A stretch of DNA of 64,000 bases, taken from IMG/VR virus record IMGVR_UViG_2645728028_000002, positions 64,001 to 128,000 of that record; one strand, given 5' to 3'. The position numbers were made by a program, and so were the translations under genes. This document shows, piece by piece, positions 33,070 to 43,978 of the stretch. Position 1 is the stretch's first letter. Each line of letters starts with the position of its first letter. The notes under the pieces were generated by a model that did no database searches, was not told the DNA's origin, and saw only the letters and a program-made list of their open reading frames with translations. This DNA comes from a virus (taxonomy: Duplodnaviria > Caudoviricetes).

Positions 33070-35020
33070 ATGATTGATTTATTATTAAGTAAATTCGAGG
33101 AAGCAGGAATACCATTACAAATAACATTGGACTTTGATAAAGAAGCTACAGTTCATGCATTTGATCTAAATAGAGAATTACATTTAACAACTGGTAATAC
33201 TCTATTTAGCGCATTAGAAAAAATGGCAGAAAAATTGCTTTAAAAGAGTTATTTTAACATAAAAAAGGAGGATTAAAAAATGGATCAAGTGTTAATGTGG
33301 GTTGACCAAGAATCACTTAAAAAATTTATTAGAGGTGAAGAGTTTACAGCTTGGAGTGATCAGGGTTCATCTGAACTTGTTCAGGTTTCTGTTCCATCTA
33401 AGGCAATAGCTACCTTTGAAGAGAAATCGGGAAGTATTCAATTTAACTTATTTAAGAAAGAATTATGGTAATTAAGGAGGAAATCAATATGGATATTTTC
33501 AGACACAAATATCACACAGTTTACAAGTTATCTAAGAAATTGTTTTTCTTTAAGCAGCATACAAAAATGATCTTTTGGCACAAAGGAAAACTAATTAAGA
33601 ATCACAGATTTATCATCAAACCACATAAGCAATGGGAATTTTTTCACTGGTTCATTAGGCAACCTTACTTTTATTTTGAGCGGAACAATAGTGGAATTTA
33701 CATAGGAACACCAAATAAGTATTTTCAGATTCAAAAATCTTATCGTTAGAGGTGAAAATCATTGTCAAAATGGGAGAAACGTGCAAAAGAAATCATAAGC
33801 AATGAGAAAAAGAAACATGTTGCAGTGTATGAGTTAGGCAAAAGAATTTATAAAAAGACGCATGGATTTAATCCAGTCAATAAAGAATTACTCAGAAAAG
33901 AAATTATGGAAATTTGTAATAGTGCGGACTTAATTGATTCTCTTGTATCTGAGGTGGATTTTCAACCACGCTTTAAGCAGAGCAATGATGAAAGTGATCA
34001 GTTAATTACTATTTACATCGAGGGAGATTTTAACGGTTCAATTAAATTAGAAACGGGTGGTGGAACAAGGAATACGAATGACGGTAAGATTCCTATATTC
34101 TATGCTTGGTCTACTACAAGTGAAGTGACATCTCTAAAGGAACAAAAATTGCAGGAATTTTACAAGCAATACAAAGATAGTTCCGTTGAGAAATTAATTG
34201 ATCTAGCATTAGAAAATAAATACTTTCTTACATATGAAGACTGTTATAAAAATTATGAGATTTGGCATAAGGAACCCTCACAATATGGATCTTCTATCAA
34301 AGGTGAGTTAAAGTTTTTTGACGAACAAGAGGATAGCCATCGCTACAAAGAGAAATATAACAATCTTAAAAAACTAATGGATAGCAGTGATATAAAAAAA
34401 TTTGCCGAAGAACATTTATACGCAAAAGAAGAATCATATACATATGAATGGACTGAGTATAAACTGTAGGAGGGTGTAGGATGAGTAATTATAAAATGAT
34501 TTTATCCAACTTAATTAAAAGTTTTTACTATCAATTCCCTAATAAAATTCAAATTAAGTCTGATCAAGAAACTATTAAATTTGAACTCGATTACTATGCT
34601 GCAGAAAAAGTTGCTAAAAAACTTAATCGAGTGTATTACTTTGGCACAGAGGTTAGGTTTAACAATGAAAGGGAGTTTAGAGAAACTTATAAAGAATTAT
34701 TGAAAGTGAAGAGAGCTTTGAAGGAAATCTATACACAATAAAACAGTTCATTTATTGGAAATTTAGGAGGAATAATAATGAAAGAAATTGACGATTTGAT
34801 TATTCGTCTTAGAGGCGAAATGTCAACTAGGATTGATGACAGGGATATTGTGGATATTTTAGAAGTGCTGCAAGATGCAAATGAGTATTTTGAAGCCATA
34901 GCAGAAACAAGTGTATTATATGGAAATCTTGTTGCAAAGTATGAAAAAGCATTAAAAGAAATAGCAGAAGAAACAGGAACGCCATACGCAAGAATTGCAA
35001 TCAAAGCATTAGAAAGTTAA
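33070..35020 (+). CDS. Hypothetical proteins (33070-33243, 33280-33471, 33465-33749, 33762-34469, 34481-34741, 34778-35020)
   Basis: Co-oriented ORFs with RBSs. Confidence 0.65.
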
Positions 35021-35164
35021 AAGGCAATAAAAAGAATGATGAATCAGTTCTGTTAAAGTAATACATAAATGGGCATAGGCGTTCACACATTCTATCCAGC
35101 ATACAACACCACATACATCACAACCACATATTATGTACTATCAAAAGCGAGAGGGAGATAGTAC

Positions 35165-35320
35165 ATGAGAAACTTTGAAACAATATTAAATAAATTAACA
35201 GTAAGTGAGAATGCCGATAATAAATGTCCTTATTGTTGGGAAGCAGCAGCGAAGACAAATGATGAGTTGTATTGTGAAGAATGTAAAATAAAGGTGGGAG
35301 AATGTTGTGAACTTATCTAA
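35165..35320 (+). CDS. 51-aa zinc-ribbon-like protein (not in ORF track)
   Basis: MRNFETILNKLTVSENADNKCPYCWEAAAKTNDELYCEECKIKVGECCELI; RBS GAGGGAG. Confidence 0.65.
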   Translation: MRNFETILNKLTVSENADNKCPYCWEAAAKTNDELYCEECKIKVGECCELI

Positions 35321-35633
35321 ACAAAAGGTTAAATACATCTGTGAAGTAAATAAGGATCTGGGAATTGAAGAATATTATAAGCAAGTTTACTTATCTGATT
35401 TACAAATGTGGGGAGTAAAGAGAAAGATAACTAAGAAGACTTTCCTTAAAAAAGAAAAAGAAGGTCATCCAGTTAAATATTATAAGGCTGAAATTGACTT
35501 CAATGAGATTAAGGGAACGCTTGCTGATATTTACAGTTTAATTGATTTATCTCTGCAGACAAGGGATAAAGAATGGTTTACCAGTTTAATAAGAAGAAAA
35601 AATTTAATATTAACAGTTTTATATGGTAACTAG
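35307..35633 (+). CDS. IDEAL-domain protein
   Basis: C-terminal LIDLSLQTRDKEWFTSL. Confidence 0.65.
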   Translation: MNLSKQKVKYICEVNKDLGIEEYYKQVYLSDLQMWGVKRKITKKTFLKKEKEGHPVKYYKAEIDFNEIKGTLADIYSLIDLSLQTRDKEWFTSLIRRKNLILTVLYGN

Positions 35634-35674
35634 ACAACCACAACAACATATACTGTATCATTACACTTTAAGGA

Positions 35675-35926
35675 GTGATTGATATGAGTATGAAATTGAG
35701 GCTGCAGGAATGGAAAAAGAGAAATCCATTAAAGATATACAGGAAGGAAGAAGGATTATCTCAGCCTGATTTAGCTGCTATTGTGGGTGTCAGTGTATAT
35801 ACAATACAAAGATGGGAAGATGGAGCTGTAAGTCCTTCTGGTGAGAATGAGGTTAAGTTGGGAAAGTTGATTGAGGGTTTTAGTGATCAATGGAATGAAT
35901 GGAAAAATAATAAACCTAGTCTGTGA
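35675..35926 (+). CDS. XRE/Cro-type HTH regulator
   Basis: LKIYRKEEGLSQPDLAAIVGVSVYTIQRWEDG..P. Confidence 0.88.
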   Translation: MIDMSMKLRLQEWKKRNPLKIYRKEEGLSQPDLAAIVGVSVYTIQRWEDGAVSPSGENEVKLGKLIEGFSDQWNEWKNNKPSL

Positions 35927-36503
35927 GGGAGTGTGAAATACTCTCTTGCAGATATATGAGAGGTGAAATATGTGAACGAACAACAATTTATATATGGTAA
36001 GTTAAATCAACTTCAAGAGCAAGTGAATTTCCTTACCGAAATGCTGGAAAAGCAAAGTGCGGTGATGGGGAACGTTTTAGGAATCATTGAAAAAATGCAG
36101 TCACCTGAATTTGCAAGTAGACAAGTTAAGACTGCTCAGATGTTGGACATTCAAGATAAATTAAAATTTATTAGAGAGTTAAATAAATAACCAAATAAAA
36201 ACGATATTTTATAAGGAGGATACTAATGAGTAACAAACTTGAAGACGTTAAGGAATATTTACTAAATGGTGAAAGTTTCAGCAAAGATGATATTATTAAC
36301 GACATGTTGATTGAAACTTTCCGACAAATGTATGGGAAAGTGGAACATGATACACCATTATCTGCAGATGAAATATCACTGCATTGGGGAGATCAGTACA
36401 TCACAGACTTAGAGGGTTTTTTGAGTCACTTCTATAGATTTTTGATGATTAAGGTTGGTAATACAATTGACTCATTCAAATAAAAGCAGTCTTATATTGG
36501 GAT

Positions 36504-37166
36504 TTGAGAGGTGATACAATGAAATTATGTTCAGATTGCAAACTAGAAAAATCTGTAGATGATTTTTATTCACAAGAAAAGTATAGCAAGAGAAAAGGAA
36601 AATATATTTATTATCAGCCTTATTGTAAAAATTGTGCAACATTAAGAGTTTTAAAATGGGAAGATAATAACCGTGAAAGAAAAAATGCAAGAATGAAAAA
36701 ATGGTCAAGTAAACCAGAAAATATCCCTACGTTGAGAAGAAATCAGAAGAATTACAGAATGAGAGGGAAGCAACTTGAATGGCAAAGAAATAATAAGGAT
36801 AAATTGAGAGAATATAATAAGAAAAGAGAAGAAAAAATACATAAAATAACTGATCAGGAATGGAACGCTTGTAAAAATTATTTTAATAACGAGTGTGCAT
36901 ATTGTGGTATGACTTACACGGAGCATAAAAATCAACATAATCAAGATTTACATAGAGAACATGTGGAGCCAGAAGGAAAAGATGATTTATCAAATTGCAT
37001 ACCATCTTGTAAGAACTGCAATAGTAGCAAAGGAACAAAATTAATAAATGAGTGGTATAATATCTCAAACAAGAAATTTTCAGTAGAAAGGCTTACTGCA
37101 ATTAATAAATGGCTAAATGAAGACTATAAGAAATACATGGAAAATAATGCTTGCTTTTTAATATAA
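36504..37166 (+). CDS. HNH endonuclease (paralogue 2 of 3)
   Basis: CSDC..CKNC; CAYCG..LHREHV..DLSNCIPSCKNCNSSK. Confidence 0.88.
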   Translation: MRGDTMKLCSDCKLEKSVDDFYSQEKYSKRKGKYIYYQPYCKNCATLRVLKWEDNNRERKNARMKKWSSKPENIPTLRRNQKNYRMRGKQLEWQRNNKDKLREYNKKREEKIHKITDQEWNACKNYFNNECAYCGMTYTEHKNQHNQDLHREHVEPEGKDDLSNCIPSCKNCNSSKGTKLINEWYNISNKKFSVERLTAINKWLNEDYKKYMENNACFLI

Positions 37167-37211
37167 AATAATTTAATATTAAATTATCAAATAAATAAAG
37201 GGGTGAACTAA

Positions 37212-37367
37212 ATGAACACATACGGTATATATTTTATTTTAAATGATGGGATGGTTAAATTGGTAAAGCTGCAAGCACTGAACAAACAAGAGGCAATTGA
37301 GGCAGCACTAATTGACAATGATGTTGATGATCTGGGCGTTAATGAAATTCAAATCAGATTGCTTTAA
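37212..37367 (+). CDS. 51-aa hypothetical, paralogue of 40661-40816 (not in ORF track)
   Basis: MNTYGIYFILNDGMVKLVKLQALNKQEAIEAALIDNDVDDLGVNEIQIRLL. Confidence 0.75.
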   Translation: MNTYGIYFILNDGMVKLVKLQALNKQEAIEAALIDNDVDDLGVNEIQIRLL

Positions 37368-37423
37368 AAGTTGAGTTTTATCGTGATTAATACTAGATCA
37401 AAAAAACGTAATCAGAAAGGAAG

Positions 37424-39265
37424 ATGAAAATGGTCAAATATTCTATGTATGCAATTTATAACGAGGATGACGATTTTTGGTTTAATTTCGAAATGGACGG
37501 TTGGGTTGACCAGTTTGAATTAGAAGGAGATTGCTTACTGCCAACAGAAGATATGGCTCAAAACTTCATTGAAGAAAACTTAGAAGGTGAATCAGTCAAA
37601 GTTTATAAAGTTGAACTTGTTGCTACTGGTAGTTACGAATATTCACCTGTTCAGTAGTGAGTATTTCGATAAAACTGTGAAGCTACAAAAGATATCTTTT
37701 ATAGAAAAATTAGAGGAGGAAAGAAAGTGAAAAAGATTGGTGTATTTTTAGAAGGTGAATTGGTATCTGATTATCCGTTTGATTATATTGGAGGTGTTGA
37801 GGCTCTTAATGACGCTAGAGAATTCACAAGTGACTCTGGAGTATTTCATGAAGTGAAGATTTTCGAAGAAAAATAAGATAATAGGTATATTTTATTTAGA
37901 ATAGGAGGGATTAAATGAACGAGGAAATTAAGTTTTTAAAAGATTTACAACAAGAACTAAATACACAAGACTATGATAGTCAAGCAGCACCAAGATTCTG
38001 GACTGTTGGAGACTACAAGATGGTGACTTGCTTAGATGGCTGTCAAGATGATTATCACGTTCATGCACCTGACAGAGAGTATTACGGTGAAATCAATTCT
38101 TTACTGAAAGATATTGAGGATGAATTGGATGAACTACCAGAGGAAGCAATTGAAGAATTTAAAGAAATAAGCTGCGAAGATTCAGCAATGGATTGGATCA
38201 AGGCGCATTATGATGAAGATGCCTACTTAATTCCTGTAAGAAAAGAGCATGTCATTCATCCAAATACAATGTTCTTAACCAAGGCAGAAGCTAAAAGACA
38301 TATAGAGTTAAACCATTATCATTATTCACCAGAAGCGCATACATACGCAATGACAGCTTGGAGAGCACCAAAAGTTGAACGGCTATTAAAGATCTTAGAG
38401 TCATTTGATTGGAATTCATTGGAGGTGAAATAGTGGAGGTAATTGCAACTGCACACCTTGAATACTGGGATGGGGAATCTCTATCTGGTGGATCTGAAAG
38501 GTTAGAGATTATTGTTAAGTTTAAAGAAGCAGGTAAATTCCTAAAAACGAAAATAGTTCATTCACTAGCTAGTACAGCTCGAATGAGAAGTGGATATGCT
38601 TCTTATCAAAACTATAAAGAATATATAAAGGAAGTTGAAAAGTATTTGGATGATCCATATTTGGTTAAGAAGGAGGCTGAATATTTGATATTAAAACACT
38701 TTGCTGATAAATATTCTGATGAAAAGAAAGTTGATAAAAAGAACAATATTCATAAGAGGATTAAAGATGTCGGAAAATTAGAGATAAAAGTAAAGATTGA
38801 TTAAGATAATATCGTGTATTTATTTGGAGGTGAGATTTTGAAAGCTAAATTCAATTGTTATTACGAACGTGATGAAAAAGGAATTTATATGGAAGTTGAT
38901 ACAGAAAGTTACACTAATCTTGTTGGATTCACTTTCTGTGTCGATTTTAAAGCAGAAGGTGAAGTTTGTCTCGAAGAAAAAGAAATTGAATCACTTATAG
39001 AAATCTTGCAAGCAAAGCTAAAGAAATAAGAATTTCAAATAATATTATCTTTTTATCTGGAGGTGGAGTTGTGAGAGAATCAAGAAATGGGTTAAGACCC
39101 ATAACTGCAAAACAGTACAATAAAGAACTAAAAGGGTATCTGATTTGCTTTAACCAAGAAGGAAGTTTAGAGGATGGTATTGGCTTGTATGCTGCAATTG
39201 AACTTGAGGATGGATCAGTAACTCAAGTTGATGCATATAATGTGAAGTTTGAAGATATTAAATAA
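37424..39265 (+). CDS. Hypothetical proteins (37424-37657, 37728-37876, 37915-38433, 38409-38804, 38814-39029, 39071-39265)
   Basis: Co-oriented, mostly palindrome-bounded ORFs. Confidence 0.65.
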
Positions 39266-39315
39266 CTAAATAAAACAATTATTATAGATTATTTATATAA
39301 AGGAGAGTTTAGTAT

Positions 39316-40062
39316 ATGTCAATTAATAGTTATGTAGATGGAATACTAGAATCATACAAGAGGTTAGAAGAAGAGAACGATAAATTAAAATTAGAATTGA
39401 AGATGCTTAAAATAGACAGTATGCAATTGTCTGATTTACTAACGGATGAAGAAGTGATTTTGAAACAAAATCCAGTATTAATAAATAACGTACTAGATAA
39501 AATCTCAACTATTGAAAAACCTTTGAATAAAAGAGCTGTGTTAATCGCTATTGCAGATTGTTCAGGATCAATGGGAATCTGGGAAAAATATATGGGAAAA
39601 TCTTATCTAACTTGGGTTAAGGAACTACTAAATAAAAAATATTCTCACGTTGAGGAAAGATTTTTACTCCATCATACAGAAGCAAAGGAAGTAACTTCTG
39701 AAGAATTTCACGGAAAAGGTGAAGGTGGAGGAACTATTGCTTCAACTGGGATTAAGTTAACTAGCTCAATAATTGAGGAGTATAATTATGAGGATATTGA
39801 CGATATCTTTGTGGTATATATTACAGATGGAGATAATTTAACTTCTGATTGTCCTCGGTTCAAAAAATTACTTACAAATAGAGTTTTAAATAAGGTTGAG
39901 AATTTTACATATTTTGAAGTAAATCAATATAATAGGCACTCTACATTAAGAACTTCTGCACTAAAGGATATTAAGCAAGAAGGGTTTAAACAAGTTGTTT
40001 TATATGACAAGAATGATATGAAAGCAGCTGTGGATAATTTTCATAGTGAATTAACTAAATAA
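39316..40062 (+). CDS. YhbH/YeaH (DUF444) vWA-domain homologue
   Basis: DCSGSMGIWEKY..KKYSHVE..HHTEAKEV..GEGGGTIAST..TDGDNLTSD..YFEVNQYNRHSTL. Confidence 0.8.
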   Translation: MSINSYVDGILESYKRLEEENDKLKLELKMLKIDSMQLSDLLTDEEVILKQNPVLINNVLDKISTIEKPLNKRAVLIAIADCSGSMGIWEKYMGKSYLTWVKELLNKKYSHVEERFLLHHTEAKEVTSEEFHGKGEGGGTIASTGIKLTSSIIEEYNYEDIDDIFVVYITDGDNLTSDCPRFKKLLTNRVLNKVENFTYFEVNQYNRHSTLRTSALKDIKQEGFKQVVLYDKNDMKAAVDNFHSELTK

Positions 40063-40097
40063 AACAATGTTTTTATAAAAAAAGGAGTGGAGAATTA

Positions 40098-43000
40098 ATG
40101 GAAATGGTTAAAGAGTTATCCGCACAGGTTCATGTAGACAGGGCAACACTAGTATTCGTGAAAATTACAGAAATGATTTTTGAAATTAAGAAAGATAGAA
40201 ATGAAGAATACTCTGGTGCGAAGTATGTTAATTCAGATGATGTGCTGAACTCATTAAACAACAATTTTAAAGTTGTTGTTTTGAATAAAAAGGATCAGTT
40301 AATACATAAAAATTTTTAATTATTCAGAGGTGGGAATATGTATTATGTAACATATAAAAATTACGAAGACATGTATGTGTTTGAATTGCCAAAATACACA
40401 GAGGAAATAGGGAAATTGCTAAAACGATTTGTAGGTTCATATTATGAAATTGAAATGGTCTTCAAGGGAGAGAAAATATTCAGCAAAGAATACAGAATTG
40501 AAAATACTGATGAATTCCTTAAGGACAGAAAATGGGAAGTTGAGCAGGGATGGTATGATGAACTAGATGAAGATGGATCAGGATTGAGAGACTTTATCAA
40601 ACTAAAAGAATTAATCAAATAAAACTTACCTTTTATAGTGAATTAAAGGAGAGAAATATAATGAAAAATTATGAAATTAAATTTCAGCTAATGGATGGAT
40701 TAACAAGGATAGTAAAACTTCAAGCGATATCAAAGCATGATGCAATGGAAACGGCATTACTTGATAATGATTTGGATGATCTTGGAATAAGTGAAATTAA
40801 GATTACAGTTCTATAATAAAACGAATGTTTTATTAAGAAAGGAGGATATTAAATGAGTAGTGCAGCAGAAGAGTTTTCAGCAGCATTTATAAATTGTGTT
40901 AATGCTAAAAGGAAACTAATCAAAGAAAATATACCTTACTATATCAAGGTTAATCCGAATTATTTTAACACTTTTATAAACGAACGACAAAATAGTTCTG
41001 GTGAATTTAGTTACACTTATTCTTCTGATGGATCACATTATGTCTATCATGACTTTCTTGATGATACCTATGAAGTACCTTTGATTCTTGATGATAATGT
41101 AGAGAGTTTCAAAGAGGTCTTTAAAACAGAATAAAAAGAAATAAGGGAGAGGGGAATACTCATGAAGAAACACATTAAAAAGAGATATACCCGAATCCTC
41201 CAGAAAACATTATTAATCATAGCCTTAGTTCTACTACTGATCTTGCTATTTGGATTCGTTGATGATTTGTTGAATAAGCTGGATGTGCTGATTAAATTAA
41301 CTGAGCAGCAATCAGGTCAAATTGGAACACTTGAACAGGAAGTACATAGTTTAGAAGTTGCTAATGCAAGGTTGGAGAATGTAGTTACATATCAGCATCA
41401 ACAAATACAGGAACTAAAAGTTGAAGGGAATACAATCAAAGTTGATCTAAGACCAAATGTAGTTAATGTGCCAAGTGATTTACATAATGAAATAAACATA
41501 CATAAAGAAGAAACGGAAATACATAAGAAGTTTGACATACTGCATGATTCTCCAACAATAGCTGCTGGATTATTGTCTACAATATTAATGATTAAGGGTG
41601 TTATTGGTGTTTTTGTGCCAGCGATACCTTAAGGGGAGGGGATTATTCTTGGAGAGACACTATATAGAAGAGAAATTGAAGCAATTAGTGGAGGAACTGT
41701 CAATCATCTCTAAAAAATCTGGTCTTATTTTAGAATGTGATCCGAGTGGAGGAATTAATGTTCTTACCATGGATAGATATGATGTTGGATATTTATTTTA
41801 CGACAGTGATGCAGGAAAATATCAATATATATTTGAACCAAACTTACCAAAAACCATTTAATATGTAAATTTTATAGGGAGTGATCAAATGAATTTATTT
41901 AAAAGCAGCAAAGTAAATCTTCATCCGATGGAAAAGATAGGAATACTTTTAACAACAGGATTTACCTCTTTTGTATTCTTTATTTTTGGAAAAGCAATTT
42001 TACATATTACTGATAATTGGCAGGGGAATGTATCTGGATATGGTCTTATGGTTACATCCATTGTACTTATGTGTCTTGTGTATACAGCTTTGCATGGTAA
42101 AGGGATGAATAGAGAGGTGAAATGATGGATTTAGAGATTAATAAACTCATGGAAAGTGAAGTAGAAGAAATCAGAGACATTGCCTCCCTTCTATATGACA
42201 GTAATCAGAAAGGCTTATCTGAGTCTGATACATATGATTTAGCTGGGTTACTGCTCGGTCTTAATGCTAAACTGGATACTTTTGTTCAGGAGGAGACTAA
42301 TAAGATCTACATGGAAGGCTTTAATGAGGGATATAAGGAAGCTAAGGATACATACCAGAATTGTCTTTATTTAAAATAGGAGGCAGGAAAAATGAAATGT
42401 AGTAATAAGTACTGTTTGTGGAATGCGTATGATCAATGTTGTCCAGACGGTGAAGAAGCTTATAATAATGCCACACCTAATCAATTAGATTGCCCTTCTT
42501 CTTTAAGAAGAGATTTTCAAAGTCAGTTATACGCATTAGTAGAAGAATGTGAAGGCTTGCTGCAGAAAAGAAATATGAGGGAACTGATTGAGATTAGGAA
42601 GTTCATTGAGGCTCAGAGAAGTTAGATTAAAATGATGATTTTAAAGGAGGAGATATGTCTTGGAAAAATTGACAACAGGACAAATGATTGACCGATTGGG
42701 AATAGATGATACAGCTACAAATCAGGACGGTTATAAGGTTGGTTATGATCATAAGGGGAACTTGTTGATGTGGGGACAGCACGAATCTAAACCCGATAAT
42801 AGGGAAGGAAATGATTTTCTAGTATATCTCTCTTGGGTTAAAAATGATTCATGGATAATCAATTACAATTTTGTGGGTTTTGAAGAAGCGCAAACAGCTC
42901 ATGCAAATGAAAAGAAAACAGTGATATACTGGCACGATGAGGAAACACAGTATAAGTTTGTTTATGGTGAATACGGACATTTTAGACAGCTTGCGAATGA

Positions 43001-43832
43001 TGGAATTGGACTTGAGGAATTGACGAACGGAAAATGGATTATTGAAAACTGACTTTGTGAAAAACTACCACCTATAAACACTGATTTAACAACATTATTA
43101 TCATTAATTCACAAACTATTTTACAATAAAACTATACTTTTATAAGGAAATAAGGAGGAATTCTAATGGATAAGAACCTTGCAATTAAATTATTGAAGGA
43201 AATGAATAAAACCGCAGATGAATTAACAGTTGTGACAAGGCTTTATTTTAATAATGATAATGACTATGTACAGGGTTTTTCGTTCTTTGCAAATGAGGAA
43301 TATATGAGCGAAGGGTTGCTGGAAGCACTACAATACGGACAGACACTTACCACTGATCAAGAGGAAGAACTAAGACAATATTTAATTGAAAAACACATTT
43401 GAAAATAATATAAAATAATTTAATAAAAAGTATTGACCAATATAAAATAATTTAATATACTAAGAGTAGCCAATGAGGAAAGGGGTGAGCAAAGTGAAAA
43501 TCTTAGGACTCACAAAAGAAGCTTACAGAGAGTATAAAGGAACAACAAGAGATAATCATAAGACATCTTATGATCAAGCCAGAAGGAAACTGACAAGAAA
43601 CGTAAAGCTGGGAGAAAAGCAAAAAAGTTTGTTCAACTGGTTAAAAGGGCAGCAGGAATACATATATGGTCAGTTAAAGATAGTAGTTAAAGAGGATACT
43701 ATTATCGAAGTGGAAAATGATAAAAAGCATGAGATCAAAGACTGGGTGAAAGATGAAGAGGAATATAATCATCTTTCCAAGAAACTGAACATCAAAGATT
43801 ACAAGAAAAAGAGACATAATAAGGTAAGCTGA
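40098..43832 (+). CDS. Hypothetical proteins (40098-40319, 40338-40622, 40853-41134, 41162-41632 membrane coiled-coil, 41598-41861, 41889-42125 membrane, 42122-42379, 42392-42625, 42660-43052, 43166-43402, 43473-43832)
   Basis: Co-oriented ORFs with RBSs. Confidence 0.65.
40661..40816 (+). CDS. 51-aa hypothetical, paralogue of 37212-37367 (not in ORF track)
   Basis: MKNYEIKFQLMDGLTRIVKLQAISKHDAMETALLDNDLDDLGISEIKITVL. Confidence 0.75.
   Translation: MKNYEIKFQLMDGLTRIVKLQAISKHDAMETALLDNDLDDLGISEIKITVL
43054..43143. repeat. Extended att-like element, copy 1
   Basis: TTTGTGAA..AAACACTGATTTAACAACATT..TTCACAAAC-TATTTTACA-ATAAAA CTATAC TTTTAT. Confidence 0.7.
43410..43461 (+). promoter_or_regulatory. 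SigA promoter with two tandem operators, ahead of the replication operon
   Basis: ATAAAATAATTTAATA at 43410 and 43442; TTGACC-17-TATACT. Confidence 0.8.
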
Positions 43833-43847
43833 GGAAAACAGTAAAAG

Positions 43848-43936
43848 TTTGTGAAAAATGAATTGCTAAAACGTTGATATATAAAGGTTTTGGAAACTGA
43901 TTTCACAAACTTTTTACAATAAAATGAGCTTTTTAT
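43848..43936. repeat. Extended att-like element, copy 2
   Basis: TTTGTGAA..AAACGTTGATATATAAAGGTTT..TTCACAAAC-TTTTTACA-ATAAAA TGAGCT TTTTAT. Confidence 0.7.
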
Positions 43937-43978
43937 CTAAAATAAATTAATTAGGGAAACCGAGGAGGAATTATACAT

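Larger units (their letters stand above)
28870..43936. repeat. Array 2 of ATAAAA-N6-TTTTAT junction palindromes (~25 copies)
   Basis: Starts at 28870, 29931, 30740, 31062, 31358, 32441, 33240, 34738, 36195, 36480, 37144, 37364, 37685, 37878, 38806, 39039, 39270, 40059, 40306, 40619, 40816, 41858, 42627, 43126, 43919. Confidence 0.9.
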
